A DNA stretch of 64,000 nucleotides, taken from assembly GCF_006345805.1 (NCBI RefSeq), contig NC_043006.1:91016001-91080000 (forward strand). The letters run 5' to 3'. Positions 22,950-36,099 of this stretch are shown piece by piece. The stretch's first letter is position 1, and the number at the start of each line of letters is the position of its first letter. The stretch comes from Octopus sinensis (taxonomy: Eukaryota). The position numbers and the translations under genes were made by a program. A model generated the notes under the pieces. That model searched no databases and was not told the origin of the DNA. It saw nothing but the letters and a program-made list of their open reading frames with translations.

Positions 22950-24440
22950 ATGTTTTGGCTGACAACCATATCCATTATGTCGGCATCTAGGAGAATATTC
23001 CTATATCTCCTTGTGGCTTCTACAAATCTGCTAATGTTTTTACAACAGCAAAATACAAATGTTATTTTTTAATGGTGGGAAATGCACCAGTATTCCTCTT
23101 TGTGTTATCACTACTTCAAGATTCACACTGTGTTCCTATAAGAACTAACTTTTACTATTGATCTCTGCTACAAGCAATATACCCTTAGCATTATCATCAG
23201 CAAAAACATTCAGAAGCAACAGTTTTGAGGATATTGAATTTCAGTTATTTTTTTGAAACAAAATCTAAATCCATACTAATATGAAGTTCTCTTTTCATCT
23301 TTCATAATGGTGTCCCCTTTCATCATTGGAATCTTTGACTACATTCATAAAACAAATGTCATTCATTTGAAAGATGGATAAATTTATGGCATGGTGTTTC
23401 AATTCTATTACATTTAAAAAAAAATATTGTTGTTTTTCTTTTCTTTTTCTGTTTTCCATTCAAAGGTTCCAAGCCATTTCTACCTATTTATTGTAGGATA
23501 GAAAGAAAGAACAGGCCATAAAACTTTTCTGAATGTCAAAATTATTTGAAACTTAAATTCGTTTTGATTGATTTTAAAGAACGATCAGTTCTTAGAATCT
23601 AGTTTAAAGAAAACTATAGCAATTTAGAATATCAAACCAGGCAATATAGCCTTAAATATTCGTTTCTGTACTATTTATTATTATAGATCTTTAAAAAAAA
23701 AAAACCAGTGTCTGATTAAATGTTAATCTATCAGGTGTTCACTAAATACCTTATGTTAAATCTGAAAAAATATTGCCATTTTATTCATAGTCAACCACTT
23801 TATCTCTTGAAGTTGAAATTAAAGTCTATTAATGGAGTGTTGCTATAATGACTATTATTTTACATGTAAGCATGCAAACTTCAGTTTAAAATGCTTGTTT
23901 CTTGCATTGCTTAATGCATTCTGTTCTTGATATTATTATGCTTATTTCAATTTTTTTTGTTTGGCATTTTGTTTTTACTTCAGTTTCAAATTTTATTTAG
24001 AACCAGTCCTCTTTAAAACCATCTAAGTGTTAAGTGCTAAAACATTGTTTTCTTGTCTTTTAGTTTTGCTTTTCACATCTTGCCTACTCTCTAGAGGATG
24101 CATTTTTTATGCAATAATGCATTGTTGAAACTGTTGTCTTCTACTTCCAGTATCATTTCATCTAAGTCTTTTTATCTTTATTTGGATATCATGACAAGCA
24201 TTCTTTCTCTTGGTGATTTAAAAAAATTATTGCATTTTGTTTTATCTCATTAAAATTGATCACTGCTACTTTCTCTGTAAAAATAAACTGGATTGAATTT
24301 TCATTTTGCTCATAAATATCAATTCATTTTTCTCGTCTGTAGCTTCATAAGTAGATTTGTATCTGTAGCAACACTAAAAAACATAATCCACTTTCTAGAA
24401 CAACTGTATTGTTTAACAAATATAAACACATGGATTCACT
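22950..24440 (-). mobile_element. Possible very old APE-type LINE remnant
   Basis: Broken frames give QIYL*SYRREK*IDIYEQNEN...VAVINFNE (APE-like) near 24250-24380 and LNVFADDNAKGILL (RT-like) near 23170-23215. Confidence 0.3.
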
Positions 24441-24467
24441 TATTAAAGTAACTTATAAAGTTCTCTA

Positions 24468-24468
<1 letters not shown>

Positions 24469-24505
<37 letters not shown>
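24469..24505. repeat. (TAA)n microsatellite
   Basis: Directly visible. Confidence 0.95.
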
Positions 24506-24507
<2 letters not shown>

Positions 24508-24589
24508 GATGTAAGTGTTCCCACTGATAAAAATATATCTCTAAAGGAATTTGACAAATTAAGTAAATAGGTTGGATGGTTTGATAGGA

Positions 24590-24725
24590 ACTGACTAGCC
24601 AGAGGTCTGCATTGAGCTCCAATATCTGCTCTGGCATGGATTTTGCAGCTGGATGCCCTTCCTAATGCCAACCACTTCACAGAGTGTACTGGGTGCTTTT
24701 TTCCATGGCACCAGCACTAGTGAGG
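24590..24725 (-). mobile_element. RTE 3'UTR fragment
   Basis: gcagctggatgcccttcctaatgccaaccacttcacagagtgtactgggtgcttttt. Confidence 0.8.
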
Positions 24726-26807
24726 TCAACAAGTGCTTACAAGAGTGGAGGATATAGTATTGAGGAATATGAGAGCAGCATCTGAGCATTCACATGTTTA
24801 ATCAACTGGATGTCCTCCTCATTAGTAGCTGAGTATTCCAAAGATATGTGTACTAAAACATAATTCTTCAAGTAGTATCAATGTAACAGTGTGACAAGGC
24901 TGGACTTTTGAAATAAGCACACACCAATAAGGTTTGCAAAGACAGCAACCATGTAGGATTGACTGCTTTTCTGGGCATTTTTTCAGTTAGTCAACTCATC
25001 AAAAGCCTTTTAATCTGTAGAGTATAACAAACCCTTTAATGTTCAATTAACTTCAAATTGGTTTTTATAAAAAACCTATTTTTTGTGGTGCTTGCCCACC
25101 AAAGGGCACCCAGTCAACTGCCCCAACAGATCCAATTTTATCCTGACTACCATGCATAAGCTTCCTATCTCATCTTAACCTCCATTCACTCGTGCCATGT
25201 TGGCCATGTTCAACTTCCATGTTCACTCGTGCCATGTTCAACTGACTTTGTAACAGTTTTACTAGAAGTAGCATTTCTGTTTTCACCTTCACCTTCCTTT
25301 CCATGTTGAACTTTAAAAAACTCTATGCGAACTTATCTGAAGTGTTTGTCCTCTGTTCTTTCATTGACATCCATTACATAGCCTTCTTTGTCATGACCAC
25401 TAGTCAAGGGAAAAATTACTCGTCTTTTTCAGTTGCAATTTTTCTTGTCTCTCACAAACTGTAGTTATTTAGATATTGATAAGTGTTTAATCCTCTTTAG
25501 AACAGTTCGTTAAGCTATCTTTTGAGCCATCACTTGTCTTGGACATAATCAAACAAAAGCAAAGACATTTTGTTAAGAATAACCAGAATGAACTTGTCAC
25601 ATTTTGATCTTGCACATTACACAAGTGACTCCATCTGGAAAATAAGCACTACTTTCTAAAGCTGCTAGTCACAGATTCTTCTTGATTTAGAAAGAGTCTT
25701 CTGACCATGGTTACAAGATGTCTTATGAAAAGAAAATGCTTTCTATATTTTAATTTAGGCATATCATAGGTTAAGTTATAATTTGTCTTGGAGACTTTGC
25801 TGAGTTGGTTGTCATGCAAATTTATTCGACTGACATATAAAGAAGCAAATATAAAAGTTTTAATGTTTGCTAAAATTAAAAGATAATAATTAGGACTAAA
25901 AATATTTCTCTCTGAAGATATTAAAAAATTCTTTGAGAATTTTTTCTTTTTTTTCTGTTTCTCATGTTTTAGTCGGGATGGAAGGCAATGCCCTTGACTT
26001 TTTTATAGGGTCTCCAAAACTACTAACAGGAAGATAGGTATCCTTAGACTGGAGACTTGGCCAAAATACTTGCAGCAGGATAGTTTCTACAAAAGGTATC
26101 CGAGAAGCCAGATATTGGTATTAAACTGAGTGACAAACCAGGTAGGTTATGGCAGGATCTGAACTCAGATCACAAACAGCTAAAACAGATGAAACTTACG
26201 TAAGCCTTCTGCTCCCTTTTGAAGCATAAGCCCTTGACAACTTTTCTACACTTTTCTTAACTCTGGGCTGTCTCTTCCTCTCCTAGGCCTTGGTTTTGAA
26301 TTGTCTGCTATGCTTTTGTAACTTTGCTTTTCTTAGGTGAGGCTGTTAGCCCTAAGCAAACCATTTTAACTTGGAAGATAGGTAATCCATATTAGTCTGG
26401 TTTCTGTCATTTGACTTGCCAAGCATAGGAAACCCTACCAAGAGCTTGCACTCTGCTGGAATAAATCTCAGGGCATTGAGGTATATAAGTAACCATAATG
26501 CAACAAGAAGTGTACCTTGTTGTGGGTAAGAGGTCTAGACATAGTGACAAAACTATTCTTAAAGCCTGTCAAGGTTGACCTCAACAGGATTTGAACTCAG
26601 AACACAAATGAGTCAGAGCAAATATCACAAGGCATTCTGTCCAATTCTGTAATAATTATTCTGCTAATTCACTGCCTTAACTTGACTTGAGGATTTATAT
26701 TTTGGTGGGATTCTTCTAGTTCTGCTTCAGACAACTTCTCTTGTAAATAATGGCATAATACAATGCACCATGTTAACGCTGCAAAGTAGTTGGAATTCTG
26801 AAAGGAA

Positions 26808-27020
26808 TCCAGCTGAAAGGATGAGCTGGCAAAATTATTAACACACCAGACAAAATGCTGTGTCTTTCCTTACATTCTGAGTTCAAATTCTGCTGAGGTT
26901 AACTTTGCTTTTCATCCTTTCAGGGTTTATAAAGTAAGTACCAGTTGAGAACTGGGGCTGGTGCAATCAACTAACACCTTCTTCAAAAATTTCAGGCCTT
27001 GTGCTAAAGTAGAAGGGATT
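26808..27020 (+). mobile_element. OK-type SINE
   Basis: gagctggcaaaatt...ctgagttcaaattctgctgaggttaactttgcttttcatcctttcaggg...gtaccagttgagaactgggg. Confidence 0.75.
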
Positions 27021-27480
27021 ATTATTATTTCTTTTTATCACAGGTTTTGTTGGAGCTCCCTGGAGTCTTGCATGTGTAACAGGCTTACTACCTGCAGCCT
27101 ATGGTACCATGCTATCCGTTCTTTTTGGCTATCTAATACTTTTCTGATTATTCTGGTGATGCCATGGAGGCAATCTTTTTGGAACAGTTTTACTGGGCAC
27201 TCTATTCCAGTTTCCTTTTTATGCCTTCTGATACTGTCCCCAAGGACCAAACAGTAATTGATCTTCACCTTCTTCATTTTCCATAGCCAGGCTATTTCAT
27301 ACTTAAGAGGGTTGTGTTTATCTTTTCACCTTTTTTCTTGACCATTCATTGGTCAAAGGGACAGGCAACATCAACTATATAGCACATGTGGTGCATCTTG
27401 TCGACCACCACTAAGTCAGGTTTTTATGCTCTAGCACCTGATCTATTTGGGTTGTTAAATCCCAGAGGATATTAATATCA
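27020..27480 (-). mobile_element. R4/Dong-like endonuclease fragment
   Basis: ILWDLTTQIDQVLEH, then after a frameshift KPDLVVVDK...YIVDVACPFD (PD-(D/E) motif), then ECPVKLFQKDCLHGITRIIRKVLD. Bounded by (TAA)n and (CAT)n. Confidence 0.8.
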
Positions 27481-27546
27481 TCATCATCATCATCATCATT
27501 ATCATCATCATCATCATCATCATCATTATCATCATTGCCATCATTA

Positions 27547-27765
27547 AGGTGGCAAGCTGGTAGAGTTGTTAGAATGCCAGTCAAAATGCTTAGCTGCTGT
27601 TTTTCTGGCTCTTTACGTTTTGAGTTCAAACTCTGCTGCAGCTGACTTCCAGCTTCTATTGTTTCTGGTTCCATAAAATAAGTATCAGTTGAACATTAAG
27701 GTTGATGCAGTCAACTTATCACCTCCCTCATAATTGCTGGCTTGCTGCCAAAATTTGAAGTAATA
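27547..27765 (+). mobile_element. OK-type SINE
   Basis: ggtggcaagctggtagagttgttag...aaaatgcttagc...tgagttcaaactctgc. Confidence 0.72.
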
Positions 27766-27799
27766 ATAATAACAATAATTATAATTATTATTTAGCTGC

Positions 27800-28045
27800 T
27801 AGGCAACACCACTGGTGCAGATGCCACATGAAAAGCCACCTGTACTGGTACCATGTAAGAAACATAAAAAAGCCCTCTGTAAAGTAGTTGGCATTAAGAA
27901 GGTCATTCAGCTGTAGAGACCATGCCTAAGCAGAGAATTGGAGCCTGGTGCAACTCTCTGGCTGGCCAGCTTCTGTCAAACTGTCCAACCCATGCCAATA
28001 GTGAAGACAGACATTAAATGTTGATGATAAAGATGATGATGATGA
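27800..28045 (+). mobile_element. RTE 3'UTR fragment
   Basis: gttggcattaagaaggtcattcagctgtagag...ccaacccatgccaatagtgaagacagacattaaatgttgatgat. Confidence 0.75.
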
Positions 28046-29999
28046 GTGGTGGTGGTGGTGGTGGTGGTGGTGAATGGAGTAAACAATACCTGAAACTTCT
28101 CATATAAAAATGAAATCTTAAGAAGCTGTTCCTTGATGAAGGTATTATCAAATTGTCAGTTTGCAAAGACAAGCTATTGTATTTGAAGAAATTGAATTTG
28201 CTTACCTACAAATAACTTTTTGCAACCTATTTTGTATTGCATTGTGGCTGAAGAAACTAATATGCCAAACAATTCATCGAGCATAATAAGTTGGTATGAT
28301 ACAATTAAGAAAGAAATGAATGCCTTCTACAATTGTATTCTAACAAATAAGTGAGAATTCCAACTCTAGTTCTAGATTTATTGGAGACCATAAAAGTTAA
28401 TTTATGCCTTATCTATTGATTAGAAATTAGATTTTCTCGAGAGCTCTAAATCAACATTATTGTCTTAATTTAATTTCAAAATGCCAAATGTTCCTTTAAA
28501 ATCTGCAAAACAAATGCTAAATTCTGCAGTTGATCCTTTTTTCACTTGGCAAGAATTATATATTGTGTAGAGATGAATTTGATATAACTTTTTTGCAGTT
28601 CTGAGAACTTTGCACAACAGCTCTCAATAAAGTACATTTGGAAACCAAATTCTTCACATACATAAATACCTGTCTATTATATTTTCATGTAAAATGTTTC
28701 TCTGTGAGAATCTTTGGAAGAATAGTGGAGTAGTGTGATATCACATTTTGCATCTGCCTCATGTCAATCATTTCAAATGTGACTCCAAGCCTTAATGGTC
28801 ACGGACTTCTGCAAAATGACTCCTACTCCTCCTTAGTCTCTCTTTGTTTCTCTCCTCCTTCTCTCTCTGTTTCAGTTGAGAGAGAGGATGCTGTTACAAA
28901 TGGTATAATTCGGTTACTTTTTTTTTTTTTGTCACTATATTGCTGATATTCAATATTTCAATAAATCTATAAATAGGCAAAATTAGTTTCAAATAATGTT
29001 GGACATGATAGAATGATGTTTCTTTATGCCAACCAATGTGATTCTGAAAATGCGACATTGGCATAATTATGTCAAACCTGGTCAGCTCTACTAATAAAAG
29101 ATTGACAGACAGCATTTGAAGCACCGTTTCAGTTGTTTGTTGCAAAATTTGTGAGAATCCAAACATTTATGGTTGGGAATTGTGCAAAATTTCACTATTC
29201 AGGGTTATGATTTAATTCATAAATTGACACTTGATATTTTTATTAATTAAAAATAATTTTTCAGATTTGTATAGTTCAGTTCTATGTTTAAGATAATCCA
29301 TTATTTATTTTGTGAGTAGGTTTCTATGCCTTTCTTCTTGCTGTCCTTTCAATCATACAACAAAGAAATCTATTTCTGTCACCGTGCATGTAACACATCT
29401 GTCAAACCAAAAGGGGAGCCTCTTCTGTGCAGGTTTTTAACTTGTTAGAAAAAATAGTGATTGTACCTCAAATTACACTCAACTATAAAGAAAAATGATT
29501 TGTTGGTTGAGATATCCCTGAAGAGACAGGATGGTCATGGGTGAAATGCTTTTAATGATTGATCTACTCAAGGAGAGCAACAACATATATAAGCATGCTT
29601 AAACTTTAACCCTATGGAGTAGACAGAGTCTTAAATATTTACAAAGCCAATATGATTCCCCATGAGCTTTATGATGCTCCAAATGTGCTAAAAATCCACA
29701 CAATTTTTTACTGTCTCTACTTAAGCCCCAATGTAACATTTTTATTGTGTCATTAGAACTTATACAAATTGCAAGGTTTCCAAAGTCTGAACAATCCAAG
29801 TCATCATGATCACCAAGAAAACCCACTGAAATTTGTTTGAGGGGAAATATTATTTGGCAGACTCTACTTAATAAAATAAATCCCATTACTTCTCATAATA
29901 TTCAAGAGCAACACAATTAATTTCATTCATTCTTATGTAATCAGCAATTAAGTACCAACTGTTAAATTTAAGATTTTTACATTGAAGGAATATATTCAT

Positions 30000-31080
30000 C
30001 ATCATCATTATCATCATCATCACCAGCACCACCATTATCATCATTTAATATCTGTCTTCCATACTATCATGGGTTCAACAGTTTAACTGAAGCAGGTCAG
30101 CCAGAGAGCTGCACCAGGCTTGGGTTCTATGGCTGGATGCCCTTCCTAATGCCAACTACTTTACAGAGTGTGGACTGGGTGTCTTTTATGTGTCACTGGC
30201 ACTGGCCACAACCGCAATTTCACTTAGTTTGACATGTCTTCTCAATTGCAGAAAATTGCCAAAAGTTTCAGTCACCTCCTTATGACTCAACATCCAAAGA
30301 TCATATTCCACCCACTCATCTCACATCTCCCTGGGTCTGCCTCTTTCACAGGTTCCCTCCACTTCTTTATACTGTTGTCCTTGTCCATACACAACACATG
30401 ACCATACCAGCACAGTCTCCTCTTTTGCACACTACATTTGTTGCTTCTTACATCTGATTGTTCTCCTAAGACACTTACGCTCTCTTGTACATGCACACTG
30501 ACATTGTATGCCAGCTTCATCTCTTTCAATCCTTTCCCTGTCTTCTGCATCCTCAGCCCATGTTTCACTGCCTTATAGCATGGCTGTCTGCACACAGGCA
30601 TCATACAATCTGCTTTTGACTCTAAGAGAGAGGCCCTTTGTTACCAACAAAAGTAGAAACTCTCTGAACTTTGCCCAGCCCGTTCTTATTCTAGCGACTC
30701 CACTCTCAGAGCATCCTCCTCCTCTGCTGACTTCCAAGTATTCCTCAACCCCCACCCCGGCATTTGATGAAGCCTATTTTCTCTACATTCCCAGTGTTTA
30801 TTGCACTTACACATCTGCCACATACAAAATACTACTTTCTCTATTAACCTTCCTCTGGTACTATTGCACCTCTTATGTGTTCATAGCTTGTACTGGGTAC
30901 AACTTAATGGAGTTTCTCCCTACGTCATTTCTGCTTATCAAGCAGGGCCATCTCTTTGAAGGGATTTATGATTTCTTTGTTTTCCAACTTACTACAACTT
31001 TTGGTCTTTGCTAAATTATTTCAAAGACTCTTTGACTCCAGACCTTGCTTCATTATTTTAATTTACATTTTTACAATTCA
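30000..31080 (-). mobile_element. Decayed 5'-truncated RTE LINE
   Basis: GGCSESGVARIRTGWAKFREFLLLLVTKGLSLRVKSRLYDACVQTAML and VQKRRLCWYGHVLCM, with the RTE tail at the left. Confidence 0.85.
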
Positions 31081-32472
31081 TTTGAGGTTAAAAACTGTTT
31101 TGAATCAGTTGCTATTAAAATGGAAGAAAGTTCCCTGACACAGTTACTATGTCACTTGGCACAGATTACTTGATTGTAACATTTCCCTTTTCATTTATAT
31201 GGCTAGACTAATATCTTTCAAGAATATGAACATTCCTTGATATCATTTCCCCTCCTTTAAAAATGTGAAGCCTGATCCTTATGTAAGAAATCAATAATTA
31301 ATGTAGATCCCCCTTTTTTTCCCCACACACAAATGAATAAATAGTCAACTTCAAATACTTAGGTCCTTTTGCTCTATCTACTCTTCAAAATGTCTCAAAT
31401 AAACTACACATTTTCACAGCTTTCTTTTTCTTAAAAAAAATGGATGTTTTCTTTATTCTTTGCAATGAAGAATAAAGTTTTCTAGTCAGCCATATTTCCT
31501 CTCAGATATCTCCAGAGAAGAAAGTCTTAAGTTGTATTTCAATTTTTCAGAAAAATGTGTTAGTTGTGTTTTAGCTTTTGGTTGAAGTTTTTGCAGCATT
31601 AAAATAAACTTCAAATACTGTCAATATGGAAATCAATAAAATTAAAATAAGCCCAGAATACTTCTCAGCGAATAACTTTGGAAACAAGCAAAGTTTGGTC
31701 TCATCTGCATACACACATAAGTCCTTATATATGCCTGTGTGTTGAGGCCTCTTCATATGTTTTACACTTCTTTTCAAGCAACGAGGGAGCCTCCGTGTGG
31801 ATGCTTTAGACAAATTTCTTTCAGAACTCTCCTACTATTTTAAAGAAATGACACTAATGCTAAGCATAGGGTTGTTGGGCGTGGTTGGGTTATAGGTTCT
31901 GGGTCAAGGCTAAACTGGGGCTAAACAACAACTTCTTCAGTTAATATATTTTGGATGGTTTCCTTGATTTAGATATTTCTATGGATTGGCTCTGAAAATG
32001 TTTTACATTGAGAAAACAGAGATGGCTGCCTGGTTAGTTGTTGCAGGTTGGCCAGTGTGTTGCTTGCAAGTTTTGGTAGATGGAAACTATAGAATCTTGT
32101 TGTGTGTGTGTATGTATGAATTCATTGTGGTTTTTACTTTTTAAGGAAAGGAATGACATAAATCATTGAGTGAACTTAGCCATTCAGTAAACAGAGATTG
32201 ATAAAATGATGGCCAGAGCTAAATACAAAGGTCGATATATTTGACTGAAGCTCCGTAGGCGATGCCTTAACATAGCTGCAGTCCAATGAAATCAGTTAAT
32301 GACTGTAAAGACGCTTTTTTTCCTCCCCTTTTAATGTGCTACAATGTTTCTGCTACCAACCATTATTCAACTATCAGTGGAAGTGATACTCATTGTTATT
32401 AGCTGGCTTCTTCACTGATGCACGTAATATATCTTACTTCAAAGAACAGTAATAAAGGCAGAGGAGCATAGC

Positions 32473-32564
32473 ATGAGACTTGGTCTATTCATGCTCTACA
32501 TTTCAATAATTCTGATGACACTCACTGAATTTGTTTCTGTAAACTCTTTCAAATTATTCAAGCT
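32473..32564 (+). CDS. Candidate first coding exon of an unknown secreted or membrane protein
   Basis: agcATG (A at -3), MRLGLFMLYISIILMTLTEFVSVNSFKLFK, then donor ct|gtaagt. No downstream exon could be confidently joined. Confidence 0.3.
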
Positions 32565-33721
32565 GTAAGTATATATTTTTTTTTAAAGTTTGTTAGTGCA
32601 GCATATTAAGCACAAATCTAATATAATTGCTATAAATAGCTTGCATAAAAATTAAATTTAAGCATCCAGCTGTTAAATTAAAAGAAATGATATGCAGAAT
32701 GCCACAAACCAAGTTTGATTTTGTTTAGTGCTCCTTTTTAAATTTTTTAATAAAATTTTATTTTATTTTTTATACAAATAAAAAAAAAAAAGGTAAAAAT
32801 TCTGTATCTGAAAATATAGAATTGTAAATGCTGTTAAGTAAATCTAGATGTTACTTTAAAATCAGTTGTGCTAAAGTATAGAGCAATACTTTCAATTCAC
32901 AACTCCATCTGGTAACATGCAATCTCACAGATCATGAAATGCAACATGCGTGATAAATTTGCCATTCTTCTATAAAGACTTTCCAATGCATTCAGTGGAG
33001 AGCTTCATTGTATTTTTTAATTTTTTTGTTATTTCTTTGGGGTTTTTTTTATAATTGATGTCAAAGAACTTTTGTAAAATTATTGATTTTGTTTTTAGTT
33101 TTTTTTTGCATGTTCAGTTGTAAGAGTGAGCATTTCTAAGTGTTGTCTGTAAAGATATTTTAATGGTGTTTTGAATCAAGTGGTAGGTGGAGGTGGGCAG
33201 ATCATACAGTTTTGAAACTAGCTTTTTTCTTCTTTTTTTTTCCTTTTATTTCCCCATTTTCTTTGTGTATACACAAATGTCACCACATCTGTAGTAACCA
33301 TCATCATCATTATCATAAACTATATGAGAAATTGGTTATTCTGCACTATAACATAATGCTTTTGAAAACAGCATTATTGTGAGTGCAGATGCTGCATTAA
33401 TCGCACAGCATTAATATTAGCAACACTGCATTATCAGGAACTATTGTCTTTGCATTAGGTTACACATTATTTTGGTGGTCATTCCTTCAGGGAAACCAGC
33501 TACCAGTCTTGTATTTATAAATATATCTCGGAACATCTTTGATGCAGATTTCCTCAACATTTTCTTTGTTTTGTAAAATATTTTATGTAACATTAGAAAT
33601 GTAGTGACTGGGAAAAATTTACAGTATTTCATTTACTACTAATCATCAGTTCGTTAAGTGTATAAATATCACATTTAATTTCATTGCAATATTTTCTCAT
33701 TAATTTACTTACATGGCTAAT

Positions 33722-33723
33722 TA

Positions 33724-33764
<41 letters not shown>

Positions 33765-33765
33765 G
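33722..33765. repeat. (TAA)n microsatellite
   Basis: Directly visible. Confidence 0.95.
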
Positions 33766-33833
33766 CAACAGCAGTAGTAGTATTGATGGTGGGGTGGTAG
33801 TGATGGAACGGTACCAGTAGTAGTAGTTTCACT

Positions 33834-34163
33834 GTGAGGGCGCGTGGCTTAGTGGTTAGGGCATTCGGCTCATGATCGTAAGGTTGTGAGTTCGATTCCC
33901 GGCGACGCGTTGTGTCCTTGAGCAAGACACTTTATTTCACGTTGCTCCAGTCCACTCAGCTGGCAAAAATGAGTTGTACTTGTATTTCAAAGGGTCAGCC
34001 TTGTCACTCTCTGTGTCACGCTGATTATCCCCGAGAACTACGTTAAGGGTACACGTGTCTGTGGAATGCTCAGCCATTTGCACGTTAATTTCACGAGCAA
34101 GCTGTTCCGTTGATCGTATCAGCTGGGACCCTCGTCGTCGTAACCGGCGGAGTCTTTAAAAAA
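33834..34163 (+). mobile_element. tRNA-derived CORE-like SINE (octopus OR-like) with 12-bp TSD
   Basis: A box tggcttagtggttagg, B box gagttcgattccc, CORE-like tgtgtccttgagcaagacacttta, A-tail. TSD agtagtttcact at 33822-33833 and 34164-34175. Confidence 0.9.
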
Positions 34164-34689
34164 AGTAGTTTCACTATTAAATTTCTTCTTCGGCTGGTGT
34201 CTTCGACTGAAGCCTCATGGTGGCCAATGCCTTATGGGAAGAATTGGTAGAGGGAAACTGAGAAAGCTCATCAAAATGTGTGTGTGTCTGTGTGTGTATG
34301 CATCATTGTTTTGGCATCACATAGTGATTATAAACAGGCATCACCATCATCCAAGTGATGCTGTTTGTTTCCAGTTTTTCATGAATAGCATGTCTGTCCA
34401 TGGAGAAATGTTCCCCTGCTTTGAAAGAGGTGAGGGTTGGTGACAGGAAGGGCATCCAGCTAGAGAGAATCAACTTCACCAAATTCTGTCTGATCCAAGC
34501 AAGCACAGAAAAGTTGACATTAAATGATGATGATGGTGGTGGTGGCGGCGGCAGTGATTGTGATTATGTTGATGATGATGATGATGATAATGATGATGAT
34601 TTATTTCTCTCTCCCTGTGACCTGAGTTCAAACTCCATGTGAACCAACTTTGAAATCAATGAAATAAATACCAGTTACTATTTAACCCT

Positions 34690-34865
34690 AGGCCAGCCTT
34701 GATCAAGCAGACTTATGGTTAACGACTTTCCAATCCTGTGTTCTGATATGTGTATCTAGGACCACATTATGTACTCTTCTCTTTTTAAGATTGTAGGGTG
34801 TAGTTTGAGGAAGATCTGATTGCTATTTCTAGCAGGTCAGGTAACAATGCTGAGACTCTCTCATT
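34690..34865 (+). repeat. Unclassified interspersed repeat (related copies near 29400-29580, 49630-49830, 50915-51080)
   Basis: Shared motifs gatcaagcagac(t/c)tatg and gttgctatttctagca recur in either orientation. Confidence 0.5.
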
Positions 34866-34970
34866 GATTAAAAAAATTACCAGTCTTATACTGAAGCTAA
34901 TCCTAACCAATATTAATGTTCGGTTTACTAGTTAAAGCATATTTTATAATGCCTCAAATTCCCACCTTAA

Positions 34971-35176
34971 CCCTTTTGTCACAATATTTCTTATGAAGCT
35001 GTCTTTTGTTTCAATTAATTTTCTTTAATTATGAGGATTTCAGTGAAATAATTTGGTTATTATTAAGTTAGCATTTGGAACATAAATTAATGTGAAAGTT
35101 TTTTAAAAGATTTTAAGATAAGTTTAAAACAGGAATTTGGTATCTTGCAATCAGAGATGGTTTGATATGAAAAGGG
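34971..35176. mobile_element. piggyBac-type MITE
   Basis: TTAA|ccctttt ... aaaaggg|TTAA (TTAA at 34967-34970 and 35177-35180). Confidence 0.78.
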
Positions 35177-36099
35177 TTAAAATGAATTCCAGAAACAACA
35201 AAGGTGTTTGCTTTTGAAGTAAAATAAATATTTACTGAATAAAATATTTGAGATTATCTTAATTTTCTACATTGCTGGCATAATACATCTTTATCATCAG
35301 TTCTAATTTACAAATTTAATCAATTATCTTATTTGCAAAGAAATTTTCTGTGGGTGTAAGTTTAAAAAATTCTCAGATTCTTTTTATCTGCCTTATTATC
35401 ACGTTTGGATTCTTCTAACAAATATCTTTTTAAGTATGTCTCTGACAAAACCTAGAAAAATGTTTCTAAGCAGAACGTCTTATGTTGAAAGATATTTTTA
35501 ATATACCTTTACTCTGTCTGTCTGTCTCTCTCTCCTTCTCTCACCTTCTCTCTCTATCCTCCCTCTTTCTCTCTGCCCCCACACCATGCAACATTATTAG
35601 AATCTAGTTTCTTCCACAAGAGAACTCGGTTTGTGTATTCAACTATGCCTGCCAAGCTCATTCATTATATACTACATCATCATCACCATCATCACCATCA
35701 TTAAATATCCACTTTTTCATTCAAAGAGAATTTGAATAAAATACTTAATACGAATGATTCTGACAAGCTATCTCGCCCCCCACTCTCTTCTCTCTCTCTC
35801 TTTTACACACACACATAGACATGTATATGTGTGTGTGCATCACCATCACCACACATCCGTCTTCCATGCTGGCATGGGATGGACAGTTTGACAGGATCCA
35901 ATGAGTTCCGGTGTCCACTTCAGCCTGGTTTCTATGGCTGGATGCCTTTCCTAATGCCAACCACATGACGATGTGTTCCTGCCACTTTCCTCAAGCCACC
36001 ACTACTTGTGAGGTCGCCAAGCAACTTGCAAGAGGGGGCAAAAGGAGAAGTAAAAGCAGTTGCTATTCAGTGAGGGTTGAAAGACTAAAAGTATGATAG

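Noticed and set aside
25185-25250. Short direct repeat cactcgtgccatgtt in a nearly open minus frame
   Set aside because: Local slippage duplication; the frame has stops; two units without spacers, so not CRISPR-like.
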